Source: Eledone cirrhosa
Lineage: Eukaryota
NCBI GenBank assembly: GCA_964016885.1
Contig: OZ024743.1
Coordinates: 142,724,001-142,788,000, forward strand
Direction: 5' to 3'
DNA: 64,000 nt
A model generated the notes under the pieces. The model saw only the letters and a list, made by a program, of their open reading frames with translations. It had not been told where the DNA came from and ran no database searches. A program made the position numbers and the translations under genes. How positions within the stretch are numbered: the first letter of the stretch is position 1; each line of letters opens with the position of its first letter. Below are positions 32,301 through 48,200 of the stretch, one piece after another.

Positions 32301-35300
32301 GCACCAAACACCTAACACCAAGAACCAAGCACCAAGCACCAAGCACCAAACACCAAGCACCAAACACAAAGCACCAAGCGCCAAACACCAAGCACCAAGC
32401 ACCAAACACCAAGCACCAAGCACCAAACACCAAACCCCAAGCACCAAACACCAAACCCAAAGCACCAAGCACCAAACACTAATCACCAAGCACCAAGCAC
32501 CAAACATCAAGCACCAAGCACCAAGCACCAGGCACCAAGCACCAAGCACCAAACACTAATCACCAAGCACCAAACACCAAGCACCAAACACCAAGCACCA
32601 AGCACCAAGCGCCAAACACCAGGCCCCAAGTAACAAACACCAAACACCAAGCACCAAAGACCAAGCACCAAGCACCAAGCACCAAGCACCAAACAATAAG
32701 CACCAAGCACCAAGCACCAAACACCAAACACCAACCACCCAGCACCAAGCACCAAGCACCAAACACCAAGCACCAAACGACAAGCACCAAGCACCATCAC
32801 CAGGCACCAAGCACCAAGCACCAAACACTAATCACCAAGCACCAAGCACCAAGCACCAAACACCAAGCACCAAGCACCAAGCGCCAAACACCAAGCACCA
32901 AGCACCAAACACCAAACACCAAGCACCAAACACCAAGCCCCAAGCACTAAGCACCAAACACCAAACACCAAGCACCAAGCACCAAACACCAAGCACCAAA
33001 CACCAAGCACCAAACACCAAACACTAAGTCCCACGCACCAAACACCAAACACCAAACAGCAAGCACCAAGCACCAAACACCAAGCATCAAGCACCAAGCC
33101 CCTAGCACCAAACACCAAACGCCAAGCACCAAGCACAAAACACCAAACAACAAGCACCAAACAACAAGCACCAAGGACCAAACACCTAACACCAAGCACC
33201 AAGCACCAAGCACCAAGCACCAATCACCAAACACCAAGCACCAAACACCAAGCACCAAGCACCAAGTACCAAACACCAAACACCAAACACCAAACACCAA
33301 ACACCAAGCACCAAGCACCAAGCACGAAACACCAGGCACCAAGCACCAAGCACCAAACTCCAAACACCAAGCACCAAGCACCAGCCACCAAGCACCAAGC
33401 ACCAAACACCAAACACCAAGCACTAAGCACCAAACACCAAACAACAAGCCCCAGGCACCATGCACCAAACACCAAACACCAAGCACGCAGCACCAAACAC
33501 CAAGCACCAAGCACCAAGCACCAAACACCAAGCACCAAGCACCAAGCACCAAACACCAAACACCAAACACCAAGCACCAAGAACCAAACACCAAACAGCA
33601 AGCACCAAGCACCAAACACCAAGCACCAAACACCAAACCCCAAGCACCAATCACCAAACACTAATCACCAAGCACCAAGCACCAAACACCAAGCACCAAG
33701 CACCAAGCACCAAACACCAAACACCAAACACCAAGCACCAAGAACCAAACACCAAACACCAAACAGCAAGCACCAAGCACCAAGCACCAAGCACCAAGCA
33801 CCAAGCACCAAGCACCAAACACCAAGCACCAATCACCAAACACAAAACACCAAGCACCGAACACCAAGCACCAGGCACCAAACACCAAACACCAAGCACC
33901 AAGCACCAAACACGAAACACCAAGCACCAAGCCCCTAGCACCAAACACCAAGCAGCAAGCAGCAAGCACCAAACACCAAACACCAAGCACCATGTCCCAA
34001 ACACCAAACACCAAGCACCAAGCACAAAATACCAAACACCAAGCACAATGGACCAAACATCAAACACCAAGCACCAAGTACCAAACGCCTAACACCAAGC
34101 ACCAAGCACCAAGCACCAAGCACCAAACACCAAGCACCAATCACCAAACACCAAACACCAAGCACCGAACACAAAGCACCAGGCACCAAACACCAAACAC
34201 CAAGCACCAAGCACCAAACACCAAACACCAAGACCGAAGCACCAAACACCAAGCACCAAAGTCCAAACACAAAACACCAATCACCAAGCAGCAAGCACCA
34301 AACACCAAACACCAAGCACCAAACACCAAACACCAAGCACCAAGCACCAAGCACGAAACACCAGGCACCAAGCACCAAGCACCAAACTGCAAACACCAAG
34401 CACCAAGCACCAGCCACCAAGCACCAAGCACCAAACACCAAACACCAAGCACTAAGCACCAAACACCAAACAACAAGCCCCAGGCACCAAGCACCAAACA
34501 CCAAACACCAAGACCGAAGCACCAAACACCAAACACCAAGCACCAAGAACCTAACATCAAACACCAATCACCAAGCACCAAACACCTAACACCAAGAACC
34601 AAGCACCAAGCACCAAGCACCAAACACCAAGCACCAAACACAAAGCACCAAGCGCCAAACACCAAGCACCAAGCACCAAACACCAAGCACCAAGCACCAA
34701 ACACCAAACCCCAAGCACCAAACACCAAACCCAAAGCACCAAGCACCAAACACTAATCACCAAGCACCAAGCACCAAACATCAAGCACCAAGCACCAAGC
34801 ACCAGGCACCAAGCACCAAGCACCAAACACTAATCACCAAGCACCAAACACCAAGCACCAAACACCAAGCACCAAGCACCAAGCGCCAAACACCAGGCCC
34901 CAAGTAACAAACACCAAACACCAAGCACCAAAGACCAAGCACCAAGCACCAAGCACCAAGCACCAAACAATAAGCACCAAGCACCAAGCACCAAACACCA
35001 AACACCAACCACCCAGCACCAAGCACCAAGCACCAAACACCAAGCACCAAACGACAAGCACCAAGCACCATCACCAGGCACCAAGCACCAAGCACCAAAC
35101 ACTAATCACCAAGCACCAAGCACCAAGCACCAAACACCAAGCACCAAGCACCAAGCGCCAAACACCAAGCACCAAGCACCAAACACCAAACACCAAGCAC
35201 CAAACACCAAGCCCCAAGCACTAAGCACCAAACACCAAACACCAAGCACCAAGCACCAAACACCAAGCACCAAACACCAAGCACCAAACACCAAACACTA

Positions 35301-38300
35301 AGTCCCACGCACCAAGCACCAAACACCAAACAGCAAGCACCAAGCACCAAACACCAAGCATCAAGCACCAAGCCCCTAGCACCAAACACCAAACGCCAAG
35401 CACCAAGCACAAAACACCAAACAACAAGCACCAAGGACCAAACACCTAACACCAAGCACCAAGCACCAAGCACCAAGCACCAATCACCAAACACCAAGCA
35501 CCAAACACCAAGCACCAAGCACCAAGTACCAAACACCAAACACCAAACACCAAACACCAAACACCAAGCACCAAGCACCAAGCACGAAACACCAGGCACC
35601 AAGCACCAAGCACCAAACTCCAAACACCAAGCACCAAGCACCAGCCACCAAGCACCAAGCACCAAACACCAAACACCAAGCATTAAGCACCAAACACCAA
35701 ACAACAAGCCCCAGGCACCAAGCACCAAACACCAAACACCAAGCACGCAGCACCAAACACCAAGCACCAAGCACCAAGCACCAAACACCAAGCACCAAGC
35801 ACCAAGCACCAAACACCAAACACCAAACACCAAGCACCAAGAACCAAACACCAAACAGCAAGCACCAAGCACCAAACACCAAGCACCAAACACCAAACCC
35901 CAAGCACCAATCACCAAACACTAATCACCAAGCACCAAGCACCAAACACCAAGCACCAAGCACCAAGCACCAAACACCAAACACCAAACACCAAGCACCA
36001 AGAACCAAACACCAAACACCAAACAGCAAGCACCAAGCACCAAGCACCAAGCACCAAGCACCAAGCACCAAGCACCAAACACCAAGCACCAATCACTAAA
36101 CAGCAAACACCAAGCACCGAACACCAAGCACCAGGCACCAAACACCAAACACCAAGCACCAAGCACCAAACACGAAACACCAAGCACCAAGCCCCTAGCA
36201 CCAAACACCAAGCAGCAAGCAGCAAGCACCAAACACCAAACACCAAGCACCAAGTACCAAACACCAAACACCAAGCACCAAGCACAAAATACCAAACACC
36301 AAGCACAATGGACCAAACATCAAACACCAAGCACCAAGTACCAAACGCCTAACACCAAGCACCAAGCACCAAGCACCAAGCACCAAACACCAAGCACCAA
36401 TCACCAAACACCAAACACCAAGCACCGAACACCAAGCACCAGGCACCAAACACCAAACACCAAGCACCAAGCACCAAACACCAAACACCAAGACCGAAGC
36501 ACCAAACACCAAGCACCAAAGTCCAAACACAAAACACCAATCACCAAGCAGCAAGCACCAAACACCAAACACCAAGCACCAAACACCAAACACCAAGCAC
36601 CAAGCACCAAGCACGAAACACCAGGCACCAAGCACCAAGCACCAAACTGCAAACACCAAGCACCAAGCACCAGCCACCAAGCACCAAGCACCAAACACCA
36701 AACACCAAGCACTAAGCACCAAACACCAAACAACAAGCCCCAGGCACCAAGCACCAAACACCAAACACCAAGACCGAAGCACCAAACACCAAACACCAAG
36801 CACCAAGAACCTAACATCAAACACCAATCACCAAGCACCAAACACCTAACACCAAGAACCAAGCACCAAGCACCAAGCACCAAACACCAAGCACCAAACA
36901 CAAAGCACCAAGCGCCAAACACCAAGCACCAAGCACCAAACACCAAGCACCAAGCACCAAACACCAAACCCCAAGCACCAAACACCAAACCCAAAGCACC
37001 AAGCACCAAACACTAATCACCAAGCACCAAGCACCAAACATCAAGCACCAAGCACCAAGCACCAGGCACCAAGCACCAAGCACCAAACACTAATCACCAA
37101 GCACCAAACACCAAGCACCAAACACCAAGCACCAAGCACCAAGCGCCAAACACCAGGCCCCAAGTAACAAACACCAAACACCAAGCACCAAAGACCAAGC
37201 ACCAAGCACCAAGCACCAAGCACCAAACAATAAGCACCAAGCACCAAGCACCAAACACCAAACACCAACCACCCAGCACCAAGCACCAAGCACCAAACAC
37301 CAAGCACCAAACGACAAGCACCAAGCACCATCACCAGGCACCAAGCACCAAGCACCAAACACTAATCACCAAGCACCAAGCACCAAGCACCAAACACTAA
37401 GCACCAAGCACCAAGCGCCAAACACCAAGCACCAAGCACCAAACACCAAACACCAAGCACCAAACACCAAGCCCCAAGCACTAAGCACCAAACACCAAAC
37501 ACCAAGCACCAAGCACCAAACACCAAGCACCAAACACCAAGCACCAAACACCAAACACTAAGTCCCACGCACCAAGCACCAAACACCAAACAGCAAGCAC
37601 CAAGCACCAAACACCAAGCATCAAGCACCAAGCCCCTAGCACCAAACACCAAACGCCAAGCACCAAGCACAAAACACCAAACAACAAGCACCAAGGACCA
37701 AACACCTAACACCAAGCACCAAGCACCAAGCACCAAGCACCAATCACCAAACACCAAGCACCAAACACCAAGCACCAAGCACCAAGTACCAAACACCAAA
37801 CACCAAACACCAAACACCAAACACCAAGCACCAAGCACCAAGCACGAAACACCAGGCACCAAGCACCAAGCACCAAACTCCAAACACCAAGCACCAAGCA
37901 CCAGCCACCAAGCACCAAGCACCAAACACCAAACACCAAGCACTAAGCACCAAACACCAAACAACAAGCCCCAGGCACCAAGCACCAAACACCAAACACC
38001 AAGCACGCAGCACCAAACACCAAGCACCAAGCACCAAGCACCAAACACCAAGCACCAAGCACCAAGCACCAAACACCAAACACCAAACACCAAGCACCAA
38101 GAACCAAACACCAAACAGCAAGCACCAAGCACCAAACACCAAGCACCAAACACCAAACCCCAAGCACCAATCACCAAACACTAATCACCAAGCACCAAGC
38201 ACCAAACACCAAGCACCAAGCACCAAGCACCAAACACCAAACACCAAACACCAAGCACCAAGAACCAAACACCAAACACCAAACAGCAAGCACCAAGCAC

Positions 38301-41300
38301 CAAGCACCAAGCACCAAGCACCAAGCACCAAGCACCAAACACCAAGCACCAATCACTAAACAGCAAACACCAAGCACCGAACACCAAGCACCAGGCACCA
38401 AACACCAAACACCAAGCACCAAGCACCAAACACGAAACACCAAGCACCAAGCCCCTAGCACCAAACACCAAGCAGCAAGCAGCAAGCACCAAACACCAAA
38501 CACCAAGCACCAAGTACCAAACACCAAACACCAAGCACCAAGCACAAAATACCAAACACCAAGCACAATGGACCAAACATCAAACACCAAGCACCAAGTA
38601 CCAAACGCCTAACACCAAGCACCAAGCACCAAGCACCAAGCACCAAACACCAAGCACCAATCACCAAACACCAAACACCAAGCACCGAACACCAAGCACC
38701 AGGCACCAAACACCAAACACCAAGCACCAAGCACCAAACACCAAACACCAAGACCGAAGCACCAAACACCAAGCACCAAAGTCCAAACACAAAACACCAA
38801 TCACCAAGCAGCAAGCACCAAACACCAAACACCAAGCACCAAACACCAAACACCAAGCACCAAGCACCAAGCACGAAACACCAGGCACCAAGCACCAAGC
38901 ACCAAACTGCAAACACCAAGCACCAAGCACCAGCCACCAAGCACCAAGCACCAAACACCAAACACCAAGCACTAAGCACCAAACACCAAACAACAAGCCC
39001 CAGGCACCAAGCACCAAACACCAAACACCAAGACCGAAGCACCAAACACCAAACACCAAGCACCAAGAACCTAACATCAAACACCAATCACCAAGCACCA
39101 AACACCTAACACCAAGAACCAAGCACCAAGCACCAAGCACCAAACACCAAGCACCAAACACAAAGCACCAAGCGCCAAACACCAAGCACCAAGCACCAAA
39201 CACCAAGCACCAAGCACCAAACACCAAACCCCAAGCACCAAACACCAAACCCAAAGCACCAAGCACCAAACACTAATCACCAAGCACCAAGCACCAAACA
39301 TCAAGCACCAAGCACCAAGCACCAGGCACCAAGCACCAAGCACCAAACACTAATCACCAAGCACCAAACACCAAGCACCAAACACCAAGCACCAAGCACC
39401 AAGCGCCAAACACCAGGCCCCAAGTAACAAACACCAAACACCAAGCACCAAAGACCAAGCACCAAGCACCAAGCACCAAGCACCAAACAATAAGCACCAA
39501 GCACCAAGCACCAAACACCAAACACCAACCACCCAGCACCAAGCACCAAGCACCAAACACCAAGCACCAAACGACAAGCACCAAGCACCATCACCAGGCA
39601 CCAAGCACCAAGCACCAAACACTAATCACCAAGCACCAAGCACCAAGCACCAAACACTAAGCACCAAGCACCAAGCGCCAAACACCAAGCACCAAGCACC
39701 AAACACCAAACACCAAGCACCAAACACCAAGCCCCAAGCACTAAGCACCAAACACCAAACACCAAGCACCAAGCACCAAACACCAAGCACCAAACACCAA
39801 GCACCAAACACCAAACACTAAGTCCCACGCACCAAGCACCAAACACCAAACAGCAAGCACCAAGCACCAAACACCAAGCATCAAGCACCAAGCCCCTAGC
39901 ACCAAACACCAAACGCCAAGCACCAAGCACAAAACACCAAACAACAAGCACCAAGGACCAAACACCTAACACCAAGCACCAAGCACCAAGCACCAAGCAC
40001 CAATCACCAAACACCAAGCACCAAACACCAAGCACCAAGCACCAAGTACCAAACACCAAACACCAAACACCAAACACCAAACACCAAGCACCAAGCACCA
40101 AGCACGAAACACCAGGCACCAAGCACCAAGCACCAAACTCCAAACACCAAGCACCAAGCACCAGCCACCAAGCACCAAGCACCAAACACCAAACACCAAG
40201 CACTAAGCACCAAACACCAAACAACAAGCCCCAGGCACCAAGCACCAAACACCAAACACCAAGCACGCAGCACCAAACACCAAGCACCAAGCACCAAGCA
40301 CCAAACACCAAGCACCAAGCACCAAGCACCAAACACCAAACACCAAACACCAAGCACCAAGAACCAAACACCAAACAGCAAGCACCAAGCACCAAACACC
40401 AAGCACCAAACACCAAACCCCAAGCACCAATCACCAAACACTAATCACCAAGCACCAAGCACCAAACACCAAGCACCAAGCACCAAGCACCAAACACCAA
40501 ACACCAAACACCAAGCACCAAGAACCAAACACCAAACACCAAACAGCAAGCACCAAGCACCAAGCACCAAGCACCAAGCACCAAGCACCAAGCACCAAAC
40601 ACCAAGCACCAATCACTAAACACCAAACACCAAGCACCGAACACCAAGCACCAGGCACCAAACACCAAACACCAAGCACCAAGCACCAAACACGAAACAC
40701 CAAGCACCAAGCCCCTAGCACCAAACACCAAGCAGCAAGCAGCAAGCACCAAACACCAAACACCAAGCACCAAGTACCAAACACCAAACACCAAGCACCA
40801 AGCACAAAATACCAAACACCAAGCACAATGGACCAAACATCAAACACCAAGCACCAAGTACCAAACGCCTAACACCAAGCACCAAGCACCAAGCACCAAG
40901 CACCAAACACCAAGCACCAATCACCAAACACCAAACACCAAGCACCGAACACCAAGCACCAGGCACCAAACACCAAACACCAAGCACCAAGCACCAAACA
41001 CCAAACACCAAGACCGAAGCACCAAACACCAAGCACCAAAGTCCAAACACAAAACACCAATCACCAAGCAGCAAGCACCAAACACCAAACACCAAGCACC
41101 AAACACCAAACACCAAGCACCAAGCACCAAGCACGAAACACCAGGCACCAAGCACCAAGCACCAAACTGCAAACACCAAGCACCAAGCACCAGCCACCAA
41201 GCACCAAGCACCAAACACCAAACACCAAGCACTAAGCACCAAACACCAAACAACAAGCCCCAGGCACCAAGCACCAAACACCAAACACCAAGACCGAAGC

Positions 41301-44300
41301 ACCAAACACCAAACACCAAGCACCAAGAACCTAACATCAAACACCAATCACCAAGCACCAAACACCTAACACCAAGAACCAAGCACCAAGCACCAAGCAC
41401 CAAACACCAAGCACCAAACACAAAGCACCAAGCGCCAAACACCAAGCACCAAGCACCAAACACCAAGCACCAAGCACCAAACACCAAACCCCAAGCACCA
41501 AACACCAAACCCAAAGCACCAAGCACCAAACACTAATCACCAAGCACCAAGCACCAAACATCAAGCACCAAGCACCAAGCACCAGGCACCAAGCACCAAG
41601 CACCAAACACTAATCACCAAGCACCAAACACCAAGCACCAAACACCAAGCACCAAGCACCAAGCGCCAAACACCAGGCCCCAAGTAACAAACACCAAACA
41701 CCAAGCACCAAAGACCAAGCACCAAGCACCAAGCACCAAGCACCAAACAATAAGCACCAAGCACCAAGCACCAAACACCAACCACCCAGCACCAAGCACC
41801 AAGCACCAAACACCAAGCACCAAACGACAAGCACCAAGCACCATCACCAGGCTCCAAGCACCAAGCACCAAACACTAATCACCAAGCACCAAGCACCAAG
41901 CACCAAACACTAAACACCAAGCACCAAGCGCCAAACACCAAGCACCAAGCACCAAACGCCAAACACCAAGCACCAAACACCAAGCCCCAAGCACTAAGCA
42001 CCAAACACCAAACACCAAGCACCAAGCACCAAACACCAAGCACCAAACACCAAGCACCAAACACCAAACACTAAGTCCCACGCACCAAGCACCAAACACC
42101 AAACAGCAAGCACCAAGCACCAAACACCAAGCATCAAGCACCAAGCCCCTAGCACCAAACACCAAACGCCAAGCACCAAGCACAAAACACCAAACAACAA
42201 GCACCAAGGACCAAACACCTAACACCAAGCACCAAGCACCAAGCACCAAGCACCAATCACCAAACACCAAGCACCAAACACCAAGCACCAAGCACCAAGT
42301 ACCAAACACCAAACACCAAACACCAAACACCAAACACCAAGCACCAAGCACCAAGCACGAAACACCAGGCACCAAGCACCAAGCACCAAACTCCAAACAC
42401 CAAGCACCAAGCACCAGCCACCAAGCACCAAGCACCAAACACCAAACACCAAGCACTAAGCACCAAACACCAAACAACAAGCCCCAGGCACCAAGCACCA
42501 AACACCAAACACCAAGCACGCAGCACCAAACACCAAGCACCAAGCACCAAGCACCAAACACCAAGCACCAAGCACCAAGCACCAAACACCAAACACCAAA
42601 CACCAAGCACCAAGAACCAAACACCAAACAGCAAGCACCAAGCACCAAACACCAAGCACCAAACACCAAACCCCAAGCACCAATCACCAAACACTAATCA
42701 CCAAGCACCAAGCACCAAACACCAAGCACCAAGCACCAAGCACCAAACACCAAACACCAAACACCAAGCACCAAGAACCAAACACCAAACACCAAACAGC
42801 AAGCACCAAGCACCAAGCACCAAGCACCAAGCACCAAGCACCAAGCACCAAACACCAAGCACCAATCACTAAACACCAAACACCAAGCACCGAACACCAA
42901 GCACCAGGCACCAAACACCAAACACCAAGCACCAAGCACCAAACACGAAACACCAAGCACCAAGCCCCTAGCACCAAACACCAAGCAGCAAGCAGCAAGC
43001 ACCAAACACCAAACACCAAGCACCAAGTACCAAACACCAAACACCAAGCACCAAGCACAAAATACCAAACACCAAGCACAATGGACCAAACATCAAACAC
43101 CAAGCACCAAGTACCAAACGCCTAACACCAAGCACCAAGCACCAAGCACCAAGCACCAAACACCAAGCACCAATCACCAAACACCAAACACCAAGCACCG
43201 AACACCAAGCACCAGGCACCAAACACCAAACACCAAGCACCAAGCACCAAACACCAAACACCAAGACCGAAGCACCAAACACCAAGCACCAAAGTCCAAA
43301 CACAAAACACCAATCACCAAGCAGCAAGCACCAAACACCAAACACCAAGCACCAAACACCAAACACCAAGCACCAAGCACCAAGCACGAAACACCAGGCA
43401 CCAAGCACCAAGCACCAAACTGCAAACACCAAGCACCAAGCACCAGCCACCAAGCACCAAGCACCAAACACCAAACACCAAGCACTAAGCACCAAACACC
43501 AAACAACAAGCCCCAGGCACCAAGCACCAAACACCAAACACCAAGACCGAAGCACCAAACACCAAACACCAAGCACCAAGAACCTAACATCAAACACCAA
43601 TCACCAAGCACCAAACACCTAACACCAAGAACCAAGCACCAAGCACCAAGCACCAAACACCAAGCACCAAACACAAAGCACCAAGCGCCAAACACCAAGC
43701 ACCAAGCACCAAACACCAAGCACCAAGCACCAAACACCAAACCCCAAGCACCAAACACCAAACCCAAAGCACCAAGCACCAAACACTAATCACCAAGCAC
43801 CAAGCACCAAACATCAAGCACCAAGCACCAAGCACCAGGCACCAAGCACCAAGCACCAAACACTAATCACCAAGCACCAAACACCAAGCACCAAACACCA
43901 AGCACCAAGCACCAAGCGCCAAACACCAGGCCCCAAGTAACAAACACCAAACACCAAGCACCAAAGACCAAGCACCAAGCACCAAGCACCAAGCACCAAA
44001 CAATAAGCACCAAGCACCAAGCACCAAACACCAACCACCCAGCACCAAGCACCAAGCACCAAACACCAAGCACCAAACGACAAGCACCAAGCACCATCAC
44101 CAGGCTCCAAGCACCAAGCACCAAACACTAATCACCAAGCACCAAGCACCAAGCACCAAACACTAAACACCAAGCACCAAGCGCCAAACACCAAGCACCA
44201 AGCACCAAACGCCAAACACCAAGCACCAAACACCAAGCCCCAAGCACTAAGCACCAAACACCAAACACCAAGCACCAAGCACCAAACACCAAGCACCAAA

Positions 44301-45200
44301 CACCAAGCACCAAACACCAAACACTAAGTCCCACGCACCAAGCACCAAACACCAAACAGCAAGCACCAAGCACCAAACACCAAGCATCAAGCACCAAGCC
44401 CCTAGCACCAAACACCAAACGCCAAGCACCAAGCACAAAACACCAAACAACAAGCACCAAGGACCAAACACCTAACACCAAGCACCAAGCACCAAGCACC
44501 AAGCACCAATCACCAAACACCAAGCACCAAACACCAAGCACCAAGCACCAAGTACCAAACACCAAACACCAAACACCAAACACCAAACACCAAGCACCAA
44601 GCACCAAGCACGAAACACCAGGCACCAAGCACCAAGCACCAAACTCCAAACACCAAGCACCAAGCACCAGCCACCAAGCACCAAGCACCAAACACCAAAC
44701 ACCAAGCACTAAGCACCAAACACCAAACAACAAGCCCCAGGCACCAAGCACCAAACACCAAACACCAAGCACGCAGCACCAAACACCAAGCACCAAGCAC
44801 CAAGCACCAAACACCAAGCACCAAGCACCAAGCACCAAACACCAAACACGAAACACCAAGCACCAAGAACCAAACACCAAACAGCAAGCACCAAGCACCA
44901 AACACCAAGCACCAAACACCAAACCCCAAGCACCAATCACCAAACACTAATCACCAAGCACCAAGCACCAAACACCAAGCACCAAGCACCAAGCACCAAA
45001 CACCAAACACCAAACACCAAGCACCAAGAACCAAACACCAAACACCAAACAGCAAGCACCAAGCACCAAGCACCAAGCACCAAGCACCAAGCACCAAGCA
45101 CCAAACACCAAGCACCAATCACCAAACACCAAACACCAAGCACCGAACACCAAGCACCAGGCACCAAACACCAAACACCAAGCACCAAGCACCAAACACC
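29370..45200. repeat. Homogeneous higher-order repeat array, unit ~2.26 kb (~323 monomers), 7 tandem copies
   Basis: The 6-bp monomer caccat occurs at 30560, 32792, 35066, 37326, 39586, 41839 and 44092 (spacings 2232, 2274, 2260, 2260, 2253, 2253). cacaatg occurs at 29537, 31770, 34044, 36304, 38564, 40824 and 43077. Markers taacaaa and cgacaag occur once per unit, and the ORF track repeats with the same period. Confidence 0.95.
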
Positions 45201-48200
45201 AAACAACAAGACCGAAGCACCAAACACCAAGCACCAAAGTCCAAACACAAAACACCAATCACCAAGCAGCAAGCACCAAACACCAAACACCAAGCACCAA
45301 ACACCAAACACCAAGCACCAAGCACCAAGCACGAAACACCAGGCACCAAGCACCAAGCACCAAACTGCAAACACCAAGCACCAAGCACCAGCCACCAAGC
45401 ACCAAGCACCAAACACCAAACACCAAGCACTAAGCACCAAACACCAAACAACAAGCCCCAGGCACCAAGCACCAAACACCAAACACCAAGACCGAAGCAC
45501 CAAACACCAAACACCAAGCACCAAGAACCTAACATCAAACACCAATCACCAAGCACCAAACACCTAACACCAAGAACCAAGCACCAAGCACCAAGCACCA
45601 AACACCATGCACCAAACACAAAGCACCAAGCGCCAAACACCAAGCACCAAGCACCAAACACCAAGCACCAAGCACCAAACACCAAACCCCAAGCACCAAA
45701 CACCAAACCCAAAGCACCAAGCACCAAACACTAATCACCAAGCACCAAGCACCAAACATCAAGCACCAAGCACCAAGCACCAGGCACCAAGCACCAAGCA
45801 CCAAACACTAATCACCAAGCACCAAACACCAAGCACCAAACACCAAGCACCAAGCACCAAGCGCCAAAAACCAGGCCCCAAGTAACAAACACCAAACACC
45901 AAGCACCAAAGACCAAGCACCAAGCACCAAGCACCAAGCACCAAACAATAAGCACCAAGCACCAAGCACCAAACACCAAACACCAACCACCCAGCACCAA
46001 GCACCAAGCACCAAACACCAAACACCAAGCACCAAGCACCAAACACCAAGCCCCAAGCACTAAGCACCAAACACCAAACACCAAGCACCAAGCACCAAAC
46101 ACCAAGCACCAAACACCAAGCACGAAACACCAAACACTAAGTCCCACGCACCAAGCACCAAACACCAAACAGCAAGCACCAAGCACCAAACACCAAGCAT
46201 CAAGCACCAAGCCCCTAGCACCAAACACCAAACGCCAAGCACCAAGCACAAAACACCAAACAACAAGCACCAAGGACCAAACACCTAACACCAAGCACCA
46301 AGCACCAAGCACCAAGCACCAATCACCAAACACCAAGCACCAAACACCAAGCACCAAGCACCAAGTACCAAACACCAAACACCAAACACCAAACACCAAA
46401 CACCAAGCACCAAGCACCAAGCACGAAACACCAGGCACCAAGCACCAAGCACCAAACTCCAAACACCAAGCACCAAGCACCAGCCACCAAGCACCAAGCA
46501 CCAAACACCAAACACCAAGCACTAAGCACCAAACACCAAACAACAAGCCCCAGGCACCAAGCACCAAACACCAAACACCAAGCACGCAGCACCAAACACC
46601 AAGCACCAAGCACCAAGCACCAAACACCAAGCACCAAGCACCAAGCACCAAACACCAAACACCAAACACCAAGCACCAAGAACCAAACACCAAACAGCAA
46701 GCACCAAGCACCAAACACCAAGCACCAAACACCAAACCCCAAGCACCAATCACCAAACACTAATCACCAAGCACCAAGCACCAAACACCAAGCACCAAGC
46801 ACCAAGCACCAAACACCAAACACCAAACACCAAGCACCAAGAACCAAACACCAAACACCAAACAGTAAGCACCAAGCACCAAGCACCAAGCACCAAGCAC
46901 CAAGCACCAAGCACCAAACACCAAGCACCAATCACCAAACACCAAACACCAAGCACCGAACACCAAGCACCAAGCACCAAACACCAAACAACAAGACCGA
47001 AGCACCAAACACCAAGCACCAAAGTCCAAACACAAAACACCAATCACCAAGCAGCAAGCACCAAACACCAAACACCAAGCACCAAACACCAAACACCAAG
47101 CACCAAGCACCAAGCACGAAACACCAGGCACCAAGCACCAAACTGCAAACACCAAGCACCAAGCACCAGCCACCAAGCACCAAGCACCAAACACCAAACA
47201 CCAAGCACTAAGCACCAAACACCAAACAACAAGCCCCAGGCACCAAGCACCAAACACCAAACACCAAGACCGAAGCACCAAACACCAAGCACCAAACTCC
47301 AAACACAAAACACCAAGCACCAAGCAGCAAGCACCAAACACCAAACACCAAGCACCAAGCACCAAACACCAAACACCAAGCACCAAGATCCTAACATCAA
47401 ACACCAATCACCAAGCACCAAACACCTAACACCAAGAACCAAGCACCAAGCACCAAGCACCAAACACCAAGCACCAAACACAAAGCACCAAGCGCCAAAC
47501 ACCTAGCACCAAGCACCAAACACCAAGCACCAAGCACCAAACGCCAAACCCCAAGCACCAAACACCAAACCCAAAGCACCAAGCACCAAACACTAATCAC
47601 CAAGCACCAAGCACCAAACATCAAGCACCAAGCACCAAGCACCAGGCACCAAGCACCAAGCACCAAACACTAATCACCAAGCACCAAACACCAAGCACCA
47701 AACACCAAGCACCAAGCACCAAGCGCCAAACACCAGGCCCCAAGTACCAAACACCAAACACCAAGCACCAAAGACCAAGCACCAAGCACCAAGCACCAAG
47801 CACCAAACAATAAGCACCAAGCACCAAGCACCAAACACCAAACACCAACCACCCAGCACCAAGCACCAAGCACCAAACACCAAGCACCAAACAACAAGCA
47901 CCAACCACCAAGCACCAGGCACCAAGCACCAAGCACCAAACACTAATCACCAATCACCAAGCACCAAGCACCAAGCACCAAGCACCAAACACCAAGCACC
48001 AAGCACCAAGCGCCAAACACCAAGCACCAAGCACCAAACACCAAACACCAATCACCAAACACCAAGCCCCAAGCACTAAGCACCAAACACCAAACACCAA
48101 GCACCAAGCACCAAACACCAAGCACCAAACACCAAGCACCAAACACCAAACACTAAGTCCCACGCACCAAGCACCAAACACCAAACAGCAAGCACCAAGC

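Noticed and set aside
30560-44097. Seven 1-bp-short HOR copies exactly restore the 7-bp register; a 2086-bp period also appears twice (2.3-6.5 kb and 48.3-50.4 kb)
   Set aside because: Both are most simply numerical coincidences. No mechanism is evident, and the two 2086-bp units differ in module content.
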